Shown here: in pieces, positions 47,719 to 54,728 of the stretch
Position numbering within the stretch: the first letter of the stretch is position 1
Layout of the letters: the number at the start of each line of letters is the position of its first letter
From: Verrucomicrobiia bacterium
Lineage (GTDB): Bacteria > Verrucomicrobiota > Verrucomicrobiia > Limisphaerales > DSYF01
DNA: 64,000 nt
Reading direction: 5' to 3'
Assembly: GCA_035765895.1 (NCBI GenBank)
Contig: DASTWL010000010.1
Location: forward strand, 7,281 to 71,280
Position numbers and translations under genes: made by a program
The notes under the pieces: generated by a model
The model's database searches: none
What the model saw: only the letters and a program-made list of their open reading frames with translations
What the model was told of the DNA's origin: nothing

Positions 47719-48669
47719 ATGAAACATTTGTTTGTTACCCTGATGGCGGTCGCGGCCGGAGTGCGGTCGCTGTCCGCGTGTGATCTTTGTGCCGTCTATG
47801 CCGCCAACGAAGCGCGCGGCGACACGAGCGAAGGCTGGTTCGGCGGCGTGGCTGAGCAATTCACGCACTTCGCCACTTTGCAGGAAAACGGCACCGAAGT
47901 GCCAGACGAGGCGCATCAACGGTTGGACAGTTCGATTTCGCAACTGTTCGCCGGCTACAACGTCACGCCACGCTGGGGCGTGCAGTTCAACGTGCCGTTG
48001 ATTTATCGCTCGTTCGAGCGGCCCGAGGGATTCGCCACGGACCGCGGCACTGAGTCCGGGCTGGGCGATGTGTTGCTGCTGGGGCACGTGCAGTTGCTCC
48101 GGCAGGAATCGGTGGATGGCAGTTTCGTTTGGAACGCACTGGGCGGTGTGAAAATGCCGACGGGCAGTTCCCGGCGCATCGCCGAGGAGCTGGACGAAAC
48201 CGAGGTGCCCGGCGCGCCCGAAAGCGGCATCCACGGTCACGACCTCACGTTGGGCTCCGGCTCGTGGGACGGCGTGGTGGGGACGAGTCTGTTTGCCCGC
48301 TGGCGCCGCGCGATTTTCCGCGGCTCCCTGCAATACAGCTTCCGCACGCGGGGCGATTATGGCTACCGCTTCGCCGACGACCTGACGTGGTCGAGCGGCC
48401 CCGGCGCGCTGCTGCTGTTGCATGACGATTACAGCCTGTCGTTGCTGGCCAATGTCTCGGGCGAACACAAGGGCACCGACGACCTGAACGGTGCAACGGC
48501 TGCCGACACCGGCATCGATTCCGTGTTCGTGGGGCCGGAACTGGCCTTCACGTTGCAGGACCGGCTCAGCGCGGAACTCGGCGTGGACGTGCCGGTCAGC
48601 ATTGACAACACGGCGCTGCAAGTGGTGCCGGACTACCGCCTGCGCGCCGCCTTGACGTGGCATTTCTGA
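47719..48669 (+). CDS. Outer-membrane beta-barrel protein (MetA-pathway/transporter-type OMP-like) with CDLC motif at the mature N-terminus
   Basis: The track ORF starts at 47569. ATG at 47719 gives a signal peptide MKHLFVTLMAVAAGVRSLSA followed by CDLCAVYAA. There are alternating amphipathic strands, the family-like motif TESGLGDVLLLG, a His-rich loop ESGIHGHDL, and a C-terminal ..LTWHF ending in Phe. Confidence 0.75.
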   Translation: MKHLFVTLMAVAAGVRSLSACDLCAVYAANEARGDTSEGWFGGVAEQFTHFATLQENGTEVPDEAHQRLDSSISQLFAGYNVTPRWGVQFNVPLIYRSFERPEGFATDRGTESGLGDVLLLGHVQLLRQESVDGSFVWNALGGVKMPTGSSRRIAEELDETEVPGAPESGIHGHDLTLGSGSWDGVVGTSLFARWRRAIFRGSLQYSFRTRGDYGYRFADDLTWSSGPGALLLLHDDYSLSLLANVSGEHKGTDDLNGATAADTGIDSVFVGPELAFTLQDRLSAELGVDVPVSIDNTALQVVPDYRLRAALTWHF

Positions 48670-48718
48670 GGCGCAATTCCGCGTTTGAAATGACGTCATT
48701 CTCCCCTACTTTGGGCGC

Positions 48719-50002
48719 ATGACGTTGCTGGAACAAATGACCCGGCTCGCGCAGCAGGCCAAAGCCGCCTCACGCGAGCTGGCCAAGCTCACCACGGCGG
48801 AAAAGAATTCCGTCCTGCTGGCCATGGCCGCCGCGCTGGAGCGGCAGGCCCCGGCCATCCAGTCCGCCAATGCGCGCGACCTGGAGACCGGCGCGCAGAT
48901 GGGCTTGTCGGGCGCCATGCTGGACCGGCTCAAACTGGATGACAAACGCATCGCCGGCATGGCCAAAGGACTCCGCGAAGTGGCGGCGCTCAACGATCCG
49001 GTGGGGCGCATTTTGGACGAGCGCGTCCGGCCCAACGGCTTGAAACTCCAGAAAGTCGCCACGCCCATCGGGGTCGTGGTCATCATCTACGAATCGCGCC
49101 CCAACGTCACGGCCGACGCCGCGAGCCTGTGCTTCAAAACCGGCAACGCCACCATTCTGCGCGGCGGCAAGGAGGCGTTGAACTCCAATCAAATCATCGC
49201 CGAAACGATGGTGGCCGCCGGTCGGGCCGCGCTCGGCGACGCCTTCCCTGCTGATGCCATCCAGGTGGTGCCCACCACGGACCGCAATGCAATTCCGGCG
49301 CTGCTTTCGCTCACGCAATACGTCGATCTCTGCATGCCGCGCGGCGGCGAAGGGCTGATTCGCGCCGTGGCCGAATGCAGCAAGGTGCCGGTGATCAAAC
49401 ACTACAAGGGCGTCTGCCACGTGTTCGTGGATCGCGATGCCGATTTGCAAATGGCGGAAAGCATCGCGCTGAACGCCAAGCTGCAGCGGCCCGGCGTCTG
49501 CAACGCCATGGAGACCCTGCTCGTGGACAAGGCGGTGGCTGCACAGTTCCTGCCCCTGGTCGCCGCCAAGCTCGCCGCGAAGCAGGTGGAACTGCGCGCA
49601 GACGAATCTGCCCTCCCTCAACTATCAGCCCTCAACTATCAACCCCAGCCAAAGGCTGCGTCCGAACAGGACTGGTCCACGGAATACAACGATTACATTC
49701 TGAACGTCCGCGTGGTGGACGACGTGCGGGCGGCGATTGAGCACATCAATCACTACGGCTCGGCCCACTCGGACAGCATCGTCACGAAGAATGAACAGAC
49801 CGCGAAGCAATTCCTTGCCGAGGTGGACAGCGCGGCGGTCTATTGGAATGCCAGCACGCGCTTCACCGACGGCGGCGAGTTCGGCATGGGCGCCGAGATT
49901 GGCATCAGCACCGACAAGGTGGGCGCCCGCGGGCCGATGGGTTTGGATGAGCTGACCACCTACAAGTGGATCGGCCTGGGCACCGGACAAATTCGCGGAT
50001 GA
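48719..50002 (+). CDS. proA: Gamma-glutamyl phosphate reductase
   Basis: N-terminus MTLLEQMTRLAQQAKAASRELAKLTTAEKN. Catalytic Cys block PGVCNAMETLLVD. C-terminal block STRFTDGGEFGMGAEIGISTDKVGARGPMGLDELTTYKW. Confidence 0.95.
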   Translation: MTLLEQMTRLAQQAKAASRELAKLTTAEKNSVLLAMAAALERQAPAIQSANARDLETGAQMGLSGAMLDRLKLDDKRIAGMAKGLREVAALNDPVGRILDERVRPNGLKLQKVATPIGVVVIIYESRPNVTADAASLCFKTGNATILRGGKEALNSNQIIAETMVAAGRAALGDAFPADAIQVVPTTDRNAIPALLSLTQYVDLCMPRGGEGLIRAVAECSKVPVIKHYKGVCHVFVDRDADLQMAESIALNAKLQRPGVCNAMETLLVDKAVAAQFLPLVAAKLAAKQVELRADESALPQLSALNYQPQPKAASEQDWSTEYNDYILNVRVVDDVRAAIEHINHYGSAHSDSIVTKNEQTAKQFLAEVDSAAVYWNASTRFTDGGEFGMGAEIGISTDKVGARGPMGLDELTTYKWIGLGTGQIRG

Positions 50003-51315
50003 GCGCCGCCGAAAACGCCAGTCAGGTTCGCGCCGCACTGCCCCAAGGCGGGCTGTTCGCTGGGACGGAGTGGCGCACCGCGCCGGCGCCTTTCGTCCTT
50101 GGCGAGCCCTTCGCCAAGGAACTCGATTCCCTCGGGCGCGTGCTGCTTCAGTTTTATCGCGCCGTGAACCTGCTTTACCGCCGCAGCCTCGAAGGGCGGC
50201 AGCCGGCATGGGTGGCAGAATGGCTTGATCGCGGCAAGCCGGCCGAGCTGGTCGCGCTGCAACGCCACGCCGCATTCAAGAACGACGTGCCGCGCGTCAT
50301 CCGGCCCGACATCCTGCTCACCGAGGACGGCTTCGCCATCACCGAACTGGATTCCGTCCCAGGCGGCATCGGGTTGACGGCGTGGCTGAACCAGACCTAC
50401 TCCCGCCTGCCCCACGGTGCGCCCGCCGGCGTCATCGGCGGTGAACGCGGCATGCTCGACGGATTTGCCGGCATTTTTGGCGACACGCCGCACGTGCACA
50501 TCGTGGTTTCGGAAGAGGCGGCGATGTATCGCCCGGAGATGGACTGGCTGGCCGCGCAACTGGGTGAACGCTTTTCGGTTCACGACGCGCAATTCGATGC
50601 GTTTCAGCCCGGCGCGGCGGTTTACCGTTTTTTTGAGTTGTTCGACGTGCCCAACGTGCCCAATGCGGGCCGCCTCTTCGAACTCGCCACCGCGCAACAA
50701 ATCCGGCTCACGCCGCCGCCCAAGCCGTTGTTCGAGGAGAAGATGCTGTTCGCCCTGTTGTGGAACCGGAACCTGGCGGGCTACTGGCGGCAGGAACTGG
50801 GCGAAGCATTCTTCAACCGCCTGAAACGACATGTCCCCTACACGTGGCTGGTTGACCCGACGCCGCTGCCGCCGCACGGCGCCATTCCGGAACTGAACCT
50901 GACGGACTGGCAGCAGTTGAAGCTGCTGTCACAGCGCGAGCGCGAGCTGGTGTTGAAGGTGTCCGGTTTTTCCGAACTCGCCTGGGGCGCCCGCGGCGTG
51001 CAGCTCGGGAGCGACCTGGCGCAGGCTGATTGGGCGGCCGCCGTGGATGACGCCCTGCGCGGCTTTGCGCAATCGCCCCGCGTATTGCAGCGCTTCCATA
51101 AACCCCGCAGCGTGGACGCAACCTGGTTTGACTTTGCCGGCGGCCAGACGCAACCGATGAAAGGCCGGGTGCGGCTGTGCCCATATTACTTTGTGGCGGG
51201 CGACGCGGCCGGCGCACGCGCCAGTCTCGGCGGCGTGCTGGCCACCATTGTGCCGGCGGATAAAAAAATTGTGCACGGGATGAGCGATGCCATCCTGACC
51301 GCGTGTTCGCCATGA
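49999..51315 (+). CDS. Conserved hypothetical protein, tentatively an ATP-grasp-fold ligase (glutathionylspermidine-synthase / circularly-permuted ATP-grasp-like)
   Basis: ATG at 49999 forms an ATGA overlap with the proA stop (the track start is 49966). The segment VIRPDILLTEDGFAITELDSVPGGIG resembles the nucleotide-binding strand of GSP-synthase/CP-ATP-grasp families. The assignment is weak. Confidence 0.8.
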   Translation: MSAAENASQVRAALPQGGLFAGTEWRTAPAPFVLGEPFAKELDSLGRVLLQFYRAVNLLYRRSLEGRQPAWVAEWLDRGKPAELVALQRHAAFKNDVPRVIRPDILLTEDGFAITELDSVPGGIGLTAWLNQTYSRLPHGAPAGVIGGERGMLDGFAGIFGDTPHVHIVVSEEAAMYRPEMDWLAAQLGERFSVHDAQFDAFQPGAAVYRFFELFDVPNVPNAGRLFELATAQQIRLTPPPKPLFEEKMLFALLWNRNLAGYWRQELGEAFFNRLKRHVPYTWLVDPTPLPPHGAIPELNLTDWQQLKLLSQRERELVLKVSGFSELAWGARGVQLGSDLAQADWAAAVDDALRGFAQSPRVLQRFHKPRSVDATWFDFAGGQTQPMKGRVRLCPYYFVAGDAAGARASLGGVLATIVPADKKIVHGMSDAILTACSP

Positions 51316-51950
51316 GCAGCCATCTGGAATACGCGTTTCTGACCGCCAGCTCGCTGTTTGCGATCGTGGATCCGTTCGCCGTCGTGCCGGCCTTCCTGGC
51401 CATGACGCCCAACGACACGCCGGCCCAGCGCATCAAAATGGCCAAGGTGGCCGGCATGACGACATTCGGCACGTTGCTGGTGTTCGCCTACGCGGGGCGC
51501 TTGATTTTCAAGCTGCTGGGCATCACGATGCCGGCCTTTCAACTCGCTGCGAGCCTGATTCTTCTGATGATCGCCCTGGACATGCTGCGCGCCCAGCGTT
51601 CGCGCGTCCGCGAAACGGAGGAGGAAACCACGGCCGGCCTGGAAAAAACCGACATCGCCATCACGCCGCTGGCCATCCCAATGCTGGCTGGACCGGGCGC
51701 CATCACCACCGCAATGCTGTTTCAGGCCCGCGCGGGGAGCGATACGATTCATCATGCCATTCTCTGCGGCTGCATCCTGCTGGTGGGACTGGCCACCTAC
51801 GCCGTGCTCCGCCTCTCGGCGCACGGCGCGCAATGGCTGAGCCCCATCGCCCTGCGGATTGCCAACCGCATCATGGGCCTGCTGCTGGCCGCCGTCGCCT
51901 TTCAATTCGGATTGAACGCCGTCCAGCAATTCCGCGCCACGCTCAGTTGA
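51312..51950 (+). CDS. MarC-family (UPF0056) integral membrane protein
   Basis: ATG at 51312 forms an ATGA overlap with the upstream stop. Family-typical N-terminus FLTASSLFAIVDPFAVVPAFLAMT, 6 TM segments, and IAITPLAIPMLAGPGAITT. Confidence 0.9.
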   Translation: MSSHLEYAFLTASSLFAIVDPFAVVPAFLAMTPNDTPAQRIKMAKVAGMTTFGTLLVFAYAGRLIFKLLGITMPAFQLAASLILLMIALDMLRAQRSRVRETEEETTAGLEKTDIAITPLAIPMLAGPGAITTAMLFQARAGSDTIHHAILCGCILLVGLATYAVLRLSAHGAQWLSPIALRIANRIMGLLLAAVAFQFGLNAVQQFRATLS

Positions 51951-52016
51951 TCCCGGGGCAAGTCCTGAACCTTTCGTTTCCCGGGAAAAACATTTGCCTG
52001 CGCGCCGTAAAACCGG

Positions 52017-52487
52017 ATGTTGAGCGCCATGCGCAAGTTCTGGCTGTTCGTAAAATTCTGGCTCCCGCCGCTGTTGTGGATGTCCGTCATCTTCTGCGCC
52101 TCGACCAGCGCCGGTTCCTTCAACCACTCCTCGCGCATTCTGGCGCCGCTGCTGCGCTGGCTGTATCCGGGCATCGCGGACGCGACCGTGAACGACCTCG
52201 TCTTTGCCGCCCGCAAAATGGCGCATCTCACCGAGTATGGACTCTTCGCGATCCTGCTCTGGCGGGCCATCCGGCAGCATACCGCAAAGGATACCCGCCC
52301 GTGGCGCTGGCGCGAAGCCGGCTGGGCCGTGCTCATCGTGGCGTGCTACGCGGCCACGGATGAATTCCACCAGACCTTTGTGCCCGGACGCGGGCCGGCC
52401 GTTCACGATGTCCTGCTCGACACCCTGGGCGGTGCCCTGGGATTGGTCGTGCTTTGGGCGGTTGGCCGCAAGATCAAGCGCTGGTGA
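52017..52487 (+). CDS. VanZ-family membrane protein
   Basis: WMSVIFCASTS, KMAHLTEYGLFAILLWRA, ATDEFHQTFVPGRGPAVHDVLLDTLGGALG. This is the canonical VanZ pattern. Confidence 0.9.
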   Translation: MLSAMRKFWLFVKFWLPPLLWMSVIFCASTSAGSFNHSSRILAPLLRWLYPGIADATVNDLVFAARKMAHLTEYGLFAILLWRAIRQHTAKDTRPWRWREAGWAVLIVACYAATDEFHQTFVPGRGPAVHDVLLDTLGGALGLVVLWAVGRKIKRW

Positions 52488-52493
52488 GGCGGC

Positions 52494-52682
52494 TCACCAT
52501 TCCACAGCCGCCTCGTGTTTGAAGAGCGAAACCCACTCACGCGCCGCCTGCCGTTCGTCCCGTGAGCCCCCGCGCAGCTCAAACCGGCCGTCGCCCTTCC
52601 GCAGCAAATGGGCCGTGCCGAAGCTGACGATGACCTTGCCTTCGTGACGGCGCGACGTAACCAACCAGTTTTTCAATTTCAT
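52494..52682 (-). CDS. Hypothetical small protein (62 aa)
   Basis: The track ORF is 52494..52814, and its N-terminal 44 aa look non-coding. ATG at 52682 gives MKLKNWLVTSRRHEGKVIVSFGTAHLLRKGDGRFELRGGSRDERQAAREWVSLFKHEAAVEW. No family recognised. Confidence 0.4.
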   Translation of the reverse strand: MKLKNWLVTSRRHEGKVIVSFGTAHLLRKGDGRFELRGGSRDERQAAREWVSLFKHEAAVEW

Positions 52683-52832
52683 ACGCCCGCAGTCTGCCCG
52701 ATGGGGTGGGACAAACGTGGGGTGGGCCTGGGACGGCGCCCCGAACTTGCGTCTTTGGTGGCCGCGAGGTTGCATCCGGCAGGGGCTTGTGCATCTTAAA
52801 GTAGAGAACCACAACCCATGTAACCTTGTTGT

Positions 52833-52994
52833 ATGAGTGCTCTGGATTTGATCAAAGCCACGATCGTGTGTGCCGGTGTTTCGTTCCTGGTTTACAGCTA
52901 CCCGCTGTTCAGCCAGGTGCTGTTGATTGGCGTGGTCGGCTTGATCTGGCTGTCCTATTTTTACCGGACGGTCATCAGCCGCCGGGCCGGCTGA
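52833..52994 (+). CDS. Possible small two-TM membrane protein (53 aa)
   Basis: Below the ORF-track length cutoff and translated by hand: MSALDLIKATIVCAGVSFLVYSYPLFSQVLLIGVVGLIWLSYFYRTVISRRAG. It fills an otherwise empty gap and stops 3 nt before the convergent treZ stop. No homology evidence. Confidence 0.3.
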   Translation: MSALDLIKATIVCAGVSFLVYSYPLFSQVLLIGVVGLIWLSYFYRTVISRRAG

Positions 52995-52997
52995 AGC

Positions 52998-54728
52998 TCA
53001 CGGCACCCGCTTCAGAATGGACACGGCCTCGGCCGGCAGCGTTAATGCGCCTTCCGCCGTGGGCGGCATGTTTTCCGAAGCGAGCAGGATTTGATGTCGC
53101 CCCGCTGCCAGCGGCACGGCCTGCGGGCCGTCGCCCAGGTTGCACACCACCGTCAGCGAACCGCGTTCCATCACCAGCCATCCCGCCGATGCGTCACAGC
53201 GCACGTTCACCGCGTCCCGCTGACCGTCCGTCAACGTCAGTTCCTGCCGCCGCATGGCGATCAACTGCCGATGCCATTCGAGCAGGGCCGCATGCGGCTT
53301 CGCGCCCAGTTCCTCCCACTTGAGCTTGGAGCGTTCGAACGTCGCGCGAGCCTGCGGATCCGGCACCTCTTCGGGCCGCCAGCCGAAGGCGGCAAATTCC
53401 CGGCGTCGCCCCTCCCGCACCGCCTTGGCAAGTTCCGTCTCGGCGTGATCGGTAAAATACTGGAACGGCGAACTGGCCGCCCATTCTTCACCTTGAAACA
53501 GCATCGGCACGAAGGGCGACGTAAATACCAATGCGGCGGCGATTTTCAACCGTCCGGCGCTCACCAGGTGGGCCAGCCGTTCGCCCTGCGCCCGATTGCC
53601 AATCTGGTCGTGGTTCTGCACGTAGGCCAGAAACCGGCTGCCGCTCAAACCTTCCGGCGGCCGCCCGTGCCGCCGCCGCCGGTGGCGTGAATAGCAGCCA
53701 TCATAGACGAACGCCTGGCGCAACGCCTTGGCCAGATCAGCCAGACCCGCAAAGTCCTCGTAGTAACCGCTGCGTTCCCCGGTCAACGTGGTGTGAAGCG
53801 CGTGATGAAAATCATCGCTCCATTGGGCGTCGAGCCCGAAGCCGCCGCGTTGCGTGGGCCAGATGAGCCGCGGATCGTTGAGATCGCTTTCGGCGATCAG
53901 GATCAGCGGCCGGGCGAGCTGGGCGGCCAGTTGTTTCACTTCGCCGGCCAGTTGTTCGAGGAACGGTTGGGCGGTGGTGTCCACGATGGCGTGCACCGCG
54001 TCCAGGCGCAGGCCGTCAAAATGGTAGTCCCGCAGCCACATCAACGCGTTGTCGCAGAAAAACCGGCGCACTTCGTCACTGTCCGGCCCGTCGAAATTGA
54101 CTGCCGGTCCCCACGGCGTGTGGTGCCGGGCGGTGAAGTAAGGGCCGTATTTGGCGAGGTAATTGCCCGACGGCCCAAGATGGTTGTAAACCACGTCGAG
54201 CAGCACGGCGAGACCGCGCGCGTGACAGGCGTTCACCAGGGGCTTCAAACCCTCCGGCCCGCCGTAGGATTCCTGCACGGCAAACAGCGCCACGCCGTCG
54301 TAGCCCCAGCCGTGCGCTCCGGGAAAGGCGTTCACCGGCATCAACTCAACGTGCGTCACGCCGAGTTGCACGAGATGATCCAGCCGCTCGATCACCGCGT
54401 CAAACGTGCCGGCGGGCGTGAACGTGCCCACGTGCAGCTCGTAAATCACCGCGCTGCCGAGCGGCGGCGCGCGAAAGCCGTCATCCGTCCAGGCAAACCG
54501 GTCGTGGTCCACCCGCCGCGACAGGCCGTGAACGCCGTGCGGCTGCCAGGGCGAACGCGGATCAGGAAACGGCCCTTCGCCGTCGAGGACAAATCCATAT
54601 TCCTCCGCGGCGGTCGCCACGACGGCGTGCCACCAGCCGGTCGGTTCGGCCTGCATCGCATGGCGCTGCGCGCCCAGTTGGAGTTCCACCCGCTTCGGCT
54701 TGGGAGCCCAGACTCGGAACGACTTCAT
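52998..54728 (-). CDS. treZ: Malto-oligosyltrehalose trehalohydrolase (GH13)
   Basis: ATG forms an ATGA overlap with the treY stop. GH13 regions GVTHVELMPV, DVVYNHLGP, GLRLDAVHA, IAESDLND, YVQNHDQIGNR. N-terminus MKSFRVWAPKPKRVEL is typical of TreZ. Confidence 0.9.
   Translation of the reverse strand: MKSFRVWAPKPKRVELQLGAQRHAMQAEPTGWWHAVVATAAEEYGFVLDGEGPFPDPRSPWQPHGVHGLSRRVDHDRFAWTDDGFRAPPLGSAVIYELHVGTFTPAGTFDAVIERLDHLVQLGVTHVELMPVNAFPGAHGWGYDGVALFAVQESYGGPEGLKPLVNACHARGLAVLLDVVYNHLGPSGNYLAKYGPYFTARHHTPWGPAVNFDGPDSDEVRRFFCDNALMWLRDYHFDGLRLDAVHAIVDTTAQPFLEQLAGEVKQLAAQLARPLILIAESDLNDPRLIWPTQRGGFGLDAQWSDDFHHALHTTLTGERSGYYEDFAGLADLAKALRQAFVYDGCYSRHRRRRHGRPPEGLSGSRFLAYVQNHDQIGNRAQGERLAHLVSAGRLKIAAALVFTSPFVPMLFQGEEWAASSPFQYFTDHAETELAKAVREGRRREFAAFGWRPEEVPDPQARATFERSKLKWEELGAKPHAALLEWHRQLIAMRRQELTLTDGQRDAVNVRCDASAGWLVMERGSLTVVCNLGDGPQAVPLAAGRHQILLASENMPPTAEGALTLPAEAVSILKRVP

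Noticed and set aside
51186-52406. 406-aa minus-strand ORF overlapping the MarC and VanZ genes.
   Set aside because: It is antisense to two plus-strand genes with canonical family patterns. Its translation is G/R/A/Q-rich with no motifs.
52826-53323. 165-aa plus-strand ORF after VanZ.
   Set aside because: Most of it is antisense to treZ and P/A/R-rich. Only a different, short frame (52833-52994) gives a plausible small membrane peptide, and that is reported with low confidence.
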